From Balanoglossus misakiensis (taxonomy: Eukaryota; Animalia; Hemichordata), in assembly GCA_040954595.2 (NCBI GenBank), contig CM082585.2, forward strand, positions 4,427,358-4,491,357: a stretch of DNA of 64,000 bases. The letters run 5' to 3'. The position numbers were made by a program, and so were the translations under genes. Every line of letters starts with the position of its first letter. Position 1 is the first letter of the stretch. The notes below the pieces were generated by a model. It saw only the letters and a program-made list of their open reading frames with translations, was not told the DNA's origin and did not search any database. Below are positions 13,001 through 24,784 of the stretch, in pieces.

Positions 13001-16000
13001 TGCGTTTGTCACGAAAAAAACACGCTTAATGGATCAAATCTGTCAGGTACGTCGTGTGACACAACACATATATAAATGCTGTATTCGGAGAATAGGATGG
13101 CGCCTGTTTTCACTAATTGGACATGTACGTCACATAGGATGACCTTTTCCCTAAAGTCAACGACCATTTAGAGTGGCCTGTCCGGCCGGGTAAACAGCCG
13201 TATGGCGTTACCCTCATGGCAGCAGTCAAAATGCGTATACCATTTTGCACTAATTTCCAAATATCAAATGTGTATACTCGTTCACTTCCAAAGTTTCCAC
13301 CCACCTGTTGGCAACACAACAAGTTGAAACACGTTGAGTAGGTAAACTTCATGTTTGGTAAACTTGATTACCATGATTTCGCTGCCACTGTATACAACCT
13401 AAAAGTAATGAACGGTGACAATTAATGTCCACAACATTAATTTGGGCTAATTTTTCGCTCAAACGCATACTTTTAACATAGGCTGGCACAAAGGGGTAAA
13501 TGTAGAATGATTTCCTGAACAACACGATAGGCTATTAGCACTTTATGCTGATTTTGTACCGGAATAATTCACTCACTGGAAATATGTGCACTTTCGTTGC
13601 GAACTTGCTTAACATTTAACGGACGGTATTCGAAACCGTACTCACGTGCATAAAAAGTGGTTAGTGCATGGCAGTCGGACAGTGCTGTACGCATGTCTTT
13701 TACGCAACTTCCGGAACCATAAAATTGCACTGGGTTCAACATGAATGTTTGCTGTTATCGTCGACTTTTCAGGTAATGCGATAGGTTTAGAGTTCCGCCA
13801 TCCGGGCACACTTGTTTAAAAGGCTTAATGATGTACGGTCTTCTTCACCCTAAACTATCATTGCGTAAACCTACAATTGATCGATCGAAATGTTTCCATC
13901 TATTTACCTCGGGAGGAGTTTCATCGTCTCCACAGATAAGAGCAAGCTGATCATACTCGGTTTCATATTTGTCAGTTATCTCCAGATAGTCGATAGTACA
14001 GTGTGGTGGCGTGCAATCACCAACGCGATTGTAGTATTCAATAAACAGAGTAATGGTGTTTCCTGTTAAATGAATAACAAAAGACTATTACTAGACATGT
14101 ATGCAAAAATGACAACATTGCAAAGTTTTTTAGCCAATCAAGATAGTACAGTTGGATGACAGATGTTTTGTAGTCTATTTTCATTCAACTGGAGACTAAC
14201 ATTATTTCAGATAATCCACAAGGTATTGGTGAATAATCAGTCTTATTCTTGGCATACACGTGCCTGCAAGTGGCATTGTGCTCTAAATTTTAATAAATCC
14301 CCACCATCTAAAACAAAATCCTTGTCTACTGCTGCATTGGCCACTCAGAAAAGATCGTCAAAATAATCCAGTCACATTTGGCGATATTTCCATCACCGCG
14401 AATTTAGTTTGCTTTGTGTTATAATTTTTTACAAATAATATTTACGCACCTTTTGGTACGATTACTGTCCAGTGACAAAGCAGCATTTTACCAGGTCTAA
14501 AACTAATTAGACCGATATCAGACTCGGAGAGGTAGAGGGTTTCATCCACACTACACAGGTCTTCGAATTCTAGAGGTGGAAACGAAAGGAGATGAAATTG
14601 AAATAACGTCAACAAATACATAATAATTGCTCATAATAAGGATATGAAGAGTTGAAAGTAACCGGCAAAACGTGTTATAAAGTGGGGCAACTGTGCAGCA
14701 AGCTTAATGCAATTATACGCCCATTGCGAAATCTCGCGAGACTTTAATAATAACCATAGCAACGAGTTGCTAGCTAAGTAGTAGAAGTCAAATTTTGTAT
14801 GAAACTAGAAAAAGTGCCGAGTTTAACAAAACTTTAACACGAAGGGCCATGTGTTGTTTGACCTGTGTCATTGGAATGTCCTCCCATATAAACTGCTAGC
14901 CACGTGAGATCTCACAGGGTCTCTTTGAATTCGGAAAATGATATAAAGTAGGATTTTCGAAAGAGGACGACCAAAATTTAAGATAAAATGACTGAAAAAG
15001 TTTAGTACTTACCAATACACGTGTCCGACAACGATGGACTTGTGTATGTCGTGCCGACTTTTCTGATGCATGCCTCGTCACATCCATCGTGTCCGTCAGT
15101 AGGAAATAGACAATATTCCACTCCTATAATGTAACGAAGTGCAATTACCGTTCAATAATAGGTGGTCAAAACACATTCTCAACATTACAATTCCTCTTTG
15201 ATGCAAAATCGTTGAATATATCGTTGACATGCACAAATTTTCTATAAAACATTTCTGATTGCAAGGAATGCAAATGCTCCAGGACCCATGTCCATCTCCG
15301 TATTAAGGGACCGTTAGTACTCGAAATTGCTAAATTACTGCACACATTCTGTAGCCAAAAATCTACATGTGAAAAGTCAATGAACCAAGTTTCCACTAAC
15401 CGGCACACGGTGTTCTTGCATTCCCTATGTATTGGTAATCGTTCGAGAAACAAGGGCAAATCAGATGACCCAGCTTGTGTCTACAGATGACGTCACAGCC
15501 GACATTAACCACTGGAACCTTACATTCATCCATTGTATCTATAACGAAAATATTCATTTTGCATTCCCTATTATGGCCTTGTCTTTAATCATTCATGTTG
15601 CATCATTTTATTCATATTCTTGGGTGTTTACACGACCTGTGTGCTCTGTACTTATATTCAGACGCATCGCCATCACGAAGACTTAGGTAAATGACTCACT
15701 TTTTTGACAGATTATGACAATACGGAATTCGTCCATTCATGAGAAAATTATATGGCCAATTAAACACAATTTTGGCACTAGCAAACGTTGCAGTACCTGT
15801 CGCCTGTTCGCAAATGTAAAACTTCGGTTTGTAGCAGTAATCATCATCCCACATAAGGCGGTAATTGGATGCCCTGTAATAGCGTAAGTGAAAAGAAAAT
15901 GGTCAACATAAACCATAACGGTCGCCACCAACTTGGTTTGAGCATAGGCAGTAGTAATCTGACCTCTCGCTCTGTCTTAGATGACACATGACATCAATTA

Positions 16001-19000
16001 CAATAATAAGATGTCTTGCCATTTTATCATGAGCCTTTAGTAACATCTAAAGGCCAACTATCGTGGTATGTGCACATGGGTGTTAGAATCTCCACAAATT
16101 CAAAATGGCGTCGTTTGTTGACTAATGATAAAGAGAAGATTGGAGTATATATAGTTCATTGATTAAATTTATGCCATTGGGCCTTTAAAAGTCAGTAACA
16201 TCGGGGGTTTAAAAGTCAGTAACAAACAGAAATTAAATGCTGCCTACCAAAACAACCGAAGACATGGACCATTTCCACTCGGCTCGCCATCGGGAAACCA
16301 CACGATTTGTGTTATCGTTCCATCTAAGTACTGTACTTCTTTCGTGGCGTAGTTAGAAACTCTTCCATCGGTCCATAAGTCTTCGATGGAAATTCCAGCT
16401 ACGATGAACGCTGCCGCCTCTTGATGTTTGTCCCAATCAGTGATTCTCAACAAATTCATGCCAAAACTCTGACATGATAACACGGCATCATAATATGTCC
16501 TCTCTTCTGTAAGCAGTACAAACTTTGGGGTACCTGTAATAAAAGCCAAGTCAGAATCTATTTTTTTTTCTTGACCATGTATATTTGCTGGACTCAAACC
16601 AGAACCCACGACCTATAGCTAGCAATTTACGCCCTGGCAACTGTGTCGATGTCCAGTTGACATATAAACCTAATGTTTAATCACATCACTAAAATAGATT
16701 TAAAGTTTCATAACATGTCTGTGTACTGCTTACCATGTTCATAGGAAGGAACACTGAGGCCACAACAAACGCATCGTTTAAACAGGCATCAGGCATCAAA
16801 GTGAAATACGCGACTTCAAATACAAACAAACATATGTACATATCTCGTGTTGTTCAGTTACAGACATACGCAAATTCGTAAAACTCTTATTAAAGTAGTG
16901 TGTTGTCATGGTGACCACTTTAGCGCCCATGGCCATCACCAGATATACAGCAATTTCCAATAAAAAGTTATCTTGGGATGATTCGTTAAGGTTGCCATTC
17001 TTCTAAAAATGCGTCTCCTAGCAACACCTAAAGCTCATCCGGCATGACTGGGCAGGCGTGGACCTAATGAAAGCATCGGCCCGCAAACATACTAGTTAAT
17101 GCATGACACGAAAGGTCATTTCTAATTTAATCGTTACATCAAGAAAAAAAAATAGACTGCCTTTCCGGACACCCTCTATCCTTACACCATTAAATTCATC
17201 AAGACACTCATCCCAAATTAATATCATCGAGGCTAGAAACCATTAACGATGGTTAGGGGGTTACTATATATTAGATAAACTACTTACGCACACATTTCCT
17301 CCCGTCTGAATGCAAATGGTATCCGCGGTTGCATGCACAGTAGAAGGAACCGGGTGTGTTTACACATATGTGATCACAGGTGGCATTGTTTTCTAATAGT
17401 TCACATTCGTTTATGTCTGTAGGGCAAAACACAATGTATCTTCGTTAGTTTTTCCGCATGCCTAGTGAAAATAAATATACTTTGCTAATTACGACAGTCT
17501 GTAAAAAAACGAAATAAGACTACTACCCTGCCAGCCATTGAAATGATTAGAACACCCGTCGGGTATTGCCAAATCACCGAAAAGGCTACATTTAATTTGT
17601 GTCTCTCGTTTTCAGAGCTGGTTCGAATGGAGGATTAAATACAGCCCAATTTCTCAACCCTATCTCTCGGGGATCTTGTGAAGACAAAACAGATTACATT
17701 GATATTGAAACCAGAATCATCGAGCTGTTCAAGTCTAATTGTCTCCCACATTTTCTCAAAATACAAGTGTCGTTTATTTTGAAACGTTCTGGGAAGAGTA
17801 TCTTGACAACCGCGGAACAAGAACGAAGATTTATTCTCCTTGTTATGAGGATGTCACCCCCAGGAAATTTCAGCAGTTGAAATGAACACGACATGCCAGG
17901 CAAATAACTTTGAACATCTTGAACTTTGGGTAAGTTTCGATCTAATTCACATGCTTTTAAAACATTTCAAATGTCGAGCAATTTTCTTAGCTTTCCTATA
18001 AATATATCATGACGTTTCCCGTATTTCCAGTCTCCGGGTGAGGTAATAATAATATCGTGACACCAGCGTGGCTCTTGGTCCATTAAATGATAAACATAGG
18101 TTATGGCGGTACCACGCAACCTCTACTGCTAACAGCAATTACACGACAAACGTACTGAATTTGACATAACTCAAACAAATAACTCACTAATTTGTACTTG
18201 GGGCAAGAACGGTGTTTTCCGAAGGGTACGATGCCTTCCTTACCTTCACACATATTATCTTCTCGTTCCCCGTATCCGTCGCAGCAGGAACACACACTTG
18301 TTTCCAGGGTGCTACACGATGCTACGTTACCTTCCCTGCAGTTGCTTCTATCTGAAAAATCAACGTGATATTGTTTTCTCTTTGTGAATTCTGGCTGCCT
18401 TAAATAGGTGTCCACTTTGTGCTGGGGGTCAAATCACATTATAATAATTGCATTCTGGGTAAAAAGTCGACAACTCACTGTAGTAAGAGATAGAAGAAAT
18501 GATGCGTTTACCCTATTTTATGACTTACTTTGGTCAAACATGTCTATCTTTATAGTTAGCATGTCAAATACATTAAACTTTTTTCACATTTTGTTATTTT
18601 GTTTGTTACAAAGATTCAGAAAGACCCAGTATCATTTTAGCTCATGAAGTCCCATTTTTAAACATGGCAAAAATCGGCCATCTTGAGATTGTTTCGACCA
18701 TATGAGATTTTCGTCACTCACTTAGTAGCTTAAAACCTATTTACGGTAGGGAGAATTGAACATTTCAAATAACCTGCACCATAGACTTCAACTTCGCAAA
18801 GAGCCAGAAATTCTGATCGGCGTGGTACCACAACACTGACATATCTTCCAATTAGTTTTCCTTGACAATAAATGACATGACGTCGTAGAGTAAAGACGCC
18901 CACAGGGGTACCGCAGATTGGGTTGTCTTGGGGTGAAAGGTAATTCCCAACATGCACTTCTGCATTGGCCAGACGATCCGCTGATGAAAACAAATCACAG

Positions 19001-22000
19001 AAACAACAGTTAAAACACGACAAGAAAAGGCCGACCAACGCCTTAATGGATTATATATGTGTAGAAGAATGACGTCATAGTTCTTGCGTGATTCTCGCAA
19101 TGTTCATAAATTTTGTATATTTAACGTCATTATTTTTACTTAAGCTCTAAAAAGTTTAGGGTTGGCGGGCTAAAATAAGGGTAGTTCGGGTAATCGGAAC
19201 AGCATATATTGTTTATTTGGCCTTACTACGCGCACATGCAGACATTAACAAGTGTGAACTTACCGCAGCAGTCCTCCCTGTTTGTAATGTCCACTCTGAA
19301 AACTTGATACTCATTTTGTAAATCAACTCGCCACCAAGGCTCATAGTCCAGCTGTGTGTGGGTACAGCTCTCAATATACAGCCAACCGCTCCGAATTCCG
19401 TCCACGGCTTTTTCGGCCCCCGCGGTCTCGTAGTTTGTACTGCTTTGGCTGGCCACTTGTCCAAATGCAATACTTTGAACTAGTAAATAAAAAGGAGACC
19501 GTGTCTTTGTGAACAACTAACAAATATTTAATTTTAAAACCAAATCTTCATTCTGACATGAACGCCGCCATCCGAGCACTTCCAAATATGCGCGATTTCG
19601 TGTATGGCTTTTATCGATTAACAATAAAAAAAATTATTTGTTAAAAGTCGACTGGTATTGCCTGTGAAGACGGGAGAGCGATTGAGCGACATGGAATTGG
19701 GCTCTGACATTCACATTTATACGGATACCACGTCAGCTTTTTGTGATCAGGGTGTGCATATCAAAATAGCCGTCGGATAACATGTAAAGGCACGTTATTT
19801 ATCGAGACCTATAAACCACCATCCGGTGAAAATTGGAGAATATCTTCGTAATAGTAAGAGCTGAAGTGTGGTCAAGCAAGGGGATATCCTGATTTGAGTC
19901 TCCCCTTTAGTCTAAAAGTTCACAGCTTGATAAATCATAAGATGTGATGCGCAAATTCAAATACCTTCACAGTTCAACTCATCAGAACCGTCCAAACAGT
20001 TCTCGTGGCTATTGCAGACATAACGCGATGACACACATTCGCCGCTGCCGCACTCAAAATCATCCGCTTTACACGCTGTTCCAACGTCAAATTGAAACAG
20101 AGAAACACAAATTACTCATTTTACTCATGTGTTAGTCACACGCATGGCTTAGAATAACAAACAATAAGTAAGAAAGTCGCTATCTTTTGAATTTTCTCTT
20201 GTTCACCCTTGCGTATCTCATTTAAAAATTGTCGGAGTTGTAACATGCTTAACCTACATTTGTGTCTTCATTATTTACCATTCAGAAAAAAATATTTTAC
20301 ATTTTCATGGATATTGATAACTTCCATTAGCAACATCTGCCTGTCAATTTAATACCACAACTATCGCCTCAACATTATTCTGACAATTACCGTCACAATT
20401 TAACTGTCATTCCTTAAATTTTACTACAGCATACTATTCTAATTTGCACATACCAAATGTCAAGGTAAACATAAGTATCAGCGTAATCATTTATACATTT
20501 TACCTCCGCAAACTTTCTCGTCTGTTCCATCCTGGCAGTAATTCCACTGATCACAAACATATACGTTATATGTGCAGCTGGTTCCATTGTCACAAGAATA
20601 GCTTCCCTGTCCGCACGCTGTGGGGAAAACCGTTCAGTTACCAGTTATTTTACAAATATGCCAGTTGCAATTGGTGTGGGTAGGCTTCATAAATGTACAA
20701 TATGTAACATGCAAGTGTTAATAAAGGCGGCGAGGTCATACAAGATCATGGCATTGCATTATTAACAAGGTTACATTTCCCGGTCTTAGTGTGTGTTCAG
20801 AAGATTAAGACGGTTCCAACAACTTTATTCCGTAACTGAAATTCACGATCACTAAGTAACAGCGCCATTTGTCCCTATCCGAGCTGCTTTTCATGCATAG
20901 CGCTTGATGTTTTGTTATATACCAATTCGTGAAACATCCCATCAAATTAACTCAGAATTGTGACTATTTGATTTTACGCAGTCAACGAGTTTTCCCATTT
21001 AAGTCCCCATCGTAAGGAGCGCCAAGCATCCTGCCCAAAAGGTGTGTGTTTAGATGGTGTATCTTGTAGTCGCTGTAACAAATGAAACGAACAACAAACT
21101 ACATAGGCCTAAACAGCGTAATAGAAGGGCCATAGTGATGTGCTCACCCGAACACTCCGTCTCGTCATCGTCACAATCGCTCCATCCGTCACAATACCAG
21201 TAGTTTGGAATACACGATCCGTCACTGCAACGATATTCGTGGGAGCCACATACTATGAAAATACAAGCGAGTTAACAATTATTCCCTAACCGAGACTCTG
21301 TCCAGGGGTAAAATACAGGTGAATGCACTATGGAATATTTAGCAGTGCTATCATTATTTAATTCCTAACTTGCATATGTGGAGATCTTTTGCGATTGGCA
21401 CTATAAGTCATTGTTATAACGTGCTGTCATTACCAAAAGATACAGTTTTCATGTTAAGTGGACCGCATCAATATTAAATTTGTAGTTTCTGGTTAAAAAA
21501 ATGCTAATTTTCACGCAAAATGACATTTAGTAATTGGTGATATACAACACCACATTCTAAAGAACGTGTTGCAGGTATGTGCGGGATGTGCGTCGAGTTG
21601 CCTGCCCAATTTCCTACCGACTACTGGCCTTAATTATGAAACATGTCACTGACACACGCGTCTCATCATTGACTCCCAGGAGGTCAATTAAACTGTGCTT
21701 CGTGACACACGTTCATTTTGTATATTCTGTTGACAGGTCTAGCAGCGAGGATGTTCTTTGATGACAGATCAATCATTTCTATTTATCTGCATGAGGGCCA
21801 GTTTTGCATGCTCAGCTGCACACATCTCTTGTTTAATTGTCACCTCTCTATAACAACAGCTTTATATGCTTAATGTTTTGTCGGCCATCAATGAACCAAT
21901 GATTAAGAGACGAAGTACCCGTAATTAACTGTATTCTTTCTTTCCAACTATAATCAGTTGCAACCTTCAACTATTTGTACAGAATTTTGTTCTGCTTATC

Positions 22001-24784
22001 GACTGTGGTTTCTTGTACGACCATCGAAAACCACGATGGAATGCATTATGCATATTTTCCCACAATATATGTAATGTCAAATTGTTAAACTGTATGTTAC
22101 AAAGTGCCTTTAATCCCCTTGTATATCCACTCACGCGTTTACTGCACTTAATATTTTATTAATATCATACTCACTTTCGCATCCCTTTTCGTCTTCGCCA
22201 GTTGAACAGTCACGGTAGTTGTCGCATCGATAGCTTTCAGGTAAGCATCTGCCATCCGGACAGATGTATGCACAAACTGGCAAAGGAATAATTAAACCGA
22301 ATGAGATAATTTTTTTTGTGTGATGCTCATTTCATGCATACATATACATAGATACATACATAGATACATACATACAGACAGACAGACAGACAGACATATA
22401 CACACACACACACACACACACATAGACACACGCACTCACTCACTCACACAGACAGACAGACATACACACAGACACACAGGTATGCTGGCAGGTACGTAAT
22501 AAAACACATTACACATACAAGCATACATAAAATGCACAGACAGAAACAAACAAGCAAATGCATAAATATTTATCAATCGGTAGACCATGCAGAATTTGAC
22601 GAGTTTTCTAATTACTTCATTCCTTCGGTCATTATATATACGATTGATGAAGTGTTCGTCTCAGTTCAAATACCTATAAACCGTATTCTATGAAAAATAT
22701 GTATTAGCTAAACTCCCACAGATACTTGAAAGTTAAGTCATTTGAAAAATGGATTCACGTCCATAGAATAAAATGAGTTTCGCTCACCTTCGCATGTGTT
22801 GCTGTCATCTTGTAACTCATAACCTTGATAACACGCGCAGTAGAAAGATCCAATTGTATTTACACAGATATGACTACATGTACCACTAATCGTTTCACAT
22901 TCGTCGATATCTAAACGTAAAGACATTCAAGTTATAAGCAGAAAACAAGAAACAGAGTTTGGGGTGTATTTTTTGTTTATTTATCACAAGTAAAATATAC
23001 TTTTACATTTACCGAAGTTCACATTTTCAGTTGAAATTATTCTTTACCTACTAAATTGACTTTAAAAAGATAACTGTTTGCGACATGGTCACATTTTGTA
23101 CAATATCAGTCCCAACCTGTTTCTGTGCGTACACAAATGTCGATTTCAAATAGACTGTTCTCATTAACATTCGGTGACTTTGTATGATACCGCCTATTGC
23201 AATATTGTTTACTTCACGAGGTGTGCTACTAATAATCATTTGATATTCTGCTAAGTTACTAGACCAAAGATCTCACCTTCGCACTGGTATGAACTTGGAT
23301 CAGGTGTGAAGCCACTTGGACAAGCGCATACTTCTTCGTCATACGGCCCTATTTTCCACCTCTGTTCGCATACACCCTGTTCGATTATGGACTGTGCCTG
23401 GGTAGAAAACACGGTTTATAGTTTCAAGTAATGCAACTAAAGGGTTGTCTTATCTTAGCCGCAGCACATGTTGAAAGCGCCAGTGTTTAGTCTAGCCTGT
23501 GTATGCATAATATGCCTAATCGCTTTCAGGAAATATAGCTTTCAAATTTGACTACATTTAGTACATTTTCCCATTCTGTCAATTACAGTTTCTTGTGATG
23601 ATTCAACTATTTAACGTATTAGAGAAAATTACAAATTGTAAAAACTTGGAGGTCTAATATGAAAAATTACTTACTAGTTTTCACATCAGCTTGATATTAA
23701 GTTATTAACAATTGAACTACAAAATATTGTAGATTAGTGTAAAAGTGAATACACATAATATTCAGATGTCAACGGGACTGCGCATCTTGCGATTTGACAA
23801 GGCAATTCTCAAATATTTGGTTGGATTCTGGGTGGAAATTTACTAGTGCGATGACGTAGTTGAATCACTGCAGAAAATATAGCTAACAGCTGTTCTCTTC
23901 CCCGCATTTGTCTTTTTTTTCTCCGTGTGTCAGCTGCAGCTTCTTTGATTTAATTTCGCCTTTAATTGAAACTCGCTTTCTTCATAGACGTAAAAAATTG
24001 AAAGTAGAATGAGAAAACTGTGTATGTTACTTGTTTAACATTAGCCTCAGTCTTACAGCCAAACTGCGCAACAATGGAAGTAAATAGCACAGATGCGTGT
24101 TTCAAAACGATTTAAGAGCATCTTGCAATGTATTTATGTAATTAGAGTAGGAAACAATTTCTGAAATGACATTCGATCACAACATTGATTCCGAATATGA
24201 ACAGTTTTGGGATGACGTAGAATCCTCGCCCATTTAATGTTTTTTGGTTTGCAGAAGTTGATGGCTTTTTTCAGCCTACGGGTATCTTCAGAACGTGTTA
24301 CAAGGTGTTGTATAATTATCGAAAGGGTTTAAAAACAAAAATTCAAGAACCATCGCACGATCCGAACGGCTGGCTAGTTTGAATGTAGTGATGGAGGGTA
24401 GGGGTGGCAATCCAAAGAAAGATGGTTCACGTTTCTCAAACCAACGTAACAAGCTAGGTAGATTCAGACATTTGCTTTGTGGGTGAAACGAAATGTATAC
24501 ATTCAAAATCTCTTCCAGATGAAAAGTTGATCTTATTGGCGCGTCTGATAATGTCCAAATAAAAAAAAATAAAACTAGTACAATCGATGTCATGACCGTC
24601 GCTCACCGTAATTTATCTGAATCATTCGTTAATTACTCTACGTGTTTACGAGGCGGTACTGCAAGAGAATATATAGGCTTCTTTTGTTGTAAATTGTATG
24701 AATAAAACATATTCCTACCTTGCACGAGATAGTTATTATGATAACCAGCGAAAATGTACCAATGCACGCGCGCAACTTTTCCAT
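372..24784 (-). CDS. GRL101-like LDLa/LRR receptor (putative LGR-type GPCR) with multi-lectin ectodomain; 35 coding exons, 3' part outside the window
   Basis: Exons in transcript order: 24719-24784, 23277-23397, 22788-22910, 22175-22276, 21148-21252, 20504-20617, 19965-20075, 19264-19479, 18774-18980, 18244-18351, 17288-17416, 16248-16533, 15797-15873, 15401-15538, 15013-15123, 14450-14569, 13908-14062, 13305-13398, 12410-12736, 10989-11171, 10301-10693, 9765-10193, 6088-6300, 5910-5979, 5358-5569, 4574-4981, 4079-4198, 2834-2953, 2554-2670, 2132-2377, 1791-1907, 1274-1390, 906-1008, 688-756, 372-443. All introns are GT-AG, phases are compatible and there are no stops (5699 nt). The LDLa run includes [23 protein letters not shown], then CPPGCKC (LRRNT) and phase-2 LRR exons, as in GRL101-like receptors. 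Confidence 0.88.
519..676. repeat. Compound (CA)n/(TACA)n microsatellite
   Basis: Read directly; lies in an intron between LRR exons. Confidence 0.97.
1274..4198 (-). CDS. GRL101-like gene: seven LDLa repeats in 6 exons
   Basis: Six-Cys repeats ending in DxSDE/DDE-type motifs at 4079-4198, 2834-2953, 2554-2670, 2132-2377 (two repeats), 1791-1907 and 1274-1390. Confidence 0.94.
3457..4026. mobile_element. 570-bp MITE, TTAA TSD (Kolobok-like)
   Basis: TTAA-AGGTCTCATGCCATGC...GCATGGCATGTGACCT-TTAA, within an intron. Confidence 0.8.
4574..6300 (-). CDS. GRL101-like gene: QPD-type C-type lectin (3 exons) plus a degenerate CTLD exon
   Basis: 6088-6300 CYKF...WDEAEAKC...GGHLVSI; 5910-5979 GLH...RWTDS...YTDW; 5358-5569 ...QPDG...C...WHDIPC...FICK; 4574-4981 divergent CTLD-like exon. 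Confidence 0.9.
7279..7602 (-). repeat. Hairpin repeat family H, reverse copy with one arm deleted
   Basis: Reverse complement matches 36571-36890, then jumps to the terminal TTTCTAAA. Confidence 0.85.
8715..8792 (-). repeat. Possible tRNA-derived SINE head
   Basis: Box-B-like GGTTTGAACCC about 50 nt downstream of a weak box-A-like TGGGCTAGT; no clean cloverleaf. Confidence 0.25.
9257..9415. repeat. Palindromic element with ~55-bp arms
   Basis: atataatcccatgatatctttctttgttt...aaacaaagaaagatatcatgggattatat; apex CTCGCCTGCGGCTCG. Confidence 0.85.
9765..10693 (-). CDS. GRL101-like gene: two CUB domain exons
   Basis: 10301-10693 ...[17 protein letters not shown]...KFCGSN...VTFFSD...RGFSAHY; 9765-10193 ...SISYPHP...[17 protein letters not shown]...GTFCEN...GFLAKY. 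Confidence 0.93.
10989..12736 (-). CDS. GRL101-like gene: unnamed ~170-aa beta-rich domain, 2 exons
   Basis: 12410-12736 ...[13 protein letters not shown]...VYPGIYRR...FSLVGQNEI...[15 protein letters not shown]; 10989-11171 GVYYPSK...CYACSTC...[11 protein letters not shown]. Both are phase 1-1 and open. Confidence 0.8.
13305..14569 (-). CDS. GRL101-like gene: divergent CUB domain, 3 exons
   Basis: ...[11 protein letters not shown]|GNTITLFI...CTIDYLEI...[11 protein letters not shown]|[13 protein letters not shown]... Confidence 0.8.
15013..18351 (-). CDS. GRL101-like gene: EGF, cbEGF, C-type lectin (2 exons), EGF and 4-Cys EGF-like exons
   Basis: 18244-18351 EGF-like; 17288-17416 [29 protein letters not shown]...; 16248-16533 + 15797-15873 CTLD with GEPSG and WDDDYC; 15401-15538 [19 protein letters not shown]...; 15013-15123 [19 protein letters not shown]... 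Confidence 0.85.
18774..19479 (-). CDS. GRL101-like gene: F-type lectin (fucolectin/FTP) domain, 2 exons
   Basis: ...ASQSST...KAVDG...CTHT...PWWRVDL...ITNREDCC|ADRL...GRYVSV...LCEVEVY. Exact H-X26-R-X-D-X4-R motif across the splice junction. Confidence 0.92.
19965..22276 (-). CDS. GRL101-like gene: four N-terminal LDLa exons
   Basis: [34 protein letters not shown]; [35 protein letters not shown]; [38 protein letters not shown]; [37 protein letters not shown]. All are phase 1-1. Confidence 0.92.
22336..22478. repeat. Mixed CATA/CAGA/CA/CACT low-complexity tract
   Basis: Read directly. Confidence 0.85.
22788..23397 (-). CDS. GRL101-like gene: EGF-like and calcium-binding EGF exons
   Basis: 23277-23397 ...[31 protein letters not shown]; 22788-22910 [41 protein letters not shown]. 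Confidence 0.88.
24719..24784 (-). CDS. First coding exon (signal peptide) of the GRL101-like gene
   Basis: acaacATGG start context. Encodes [22 protein letters not shown], then a phase-0 GTAGGA donor that joins the phase-0 exon [10 protein letters not shown]... Confidence 0.7.

Noticed and set aside
13113-13352. ORF frame [11 protein letters not shown]... as the CUB C-terminal exon
   Set aside because: An overlapping frame (13305-13398, [13 protein letters not shown]) fits the CUB consensus and the splice phases better.
16051-16184. Possible small TTAA-type MITE (AGGCC...GGCCT)
   Set aside because: The TIR match is only about 5-6 bp and the left TSD is imperfect.
16585-16655. tRNA-like sequence on the minus strand
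   Set aside because: No convincing cloverleaf or intact A/B boxes; not callable as a tRNA.
19140-19225. MITE-like terminus ending GGCCTTA
   Set aside because: No partner end was found; at most a solo fragment.
24288-24593. ORF starting with hydrophobic [13 protein letters not shown] as the receptor's first exon
   Set aside because: The hydrophobicity comes from a T-run and there is no good donor. Exon 24719-24784 has a better start context, signal peptide and phase-0 donor.
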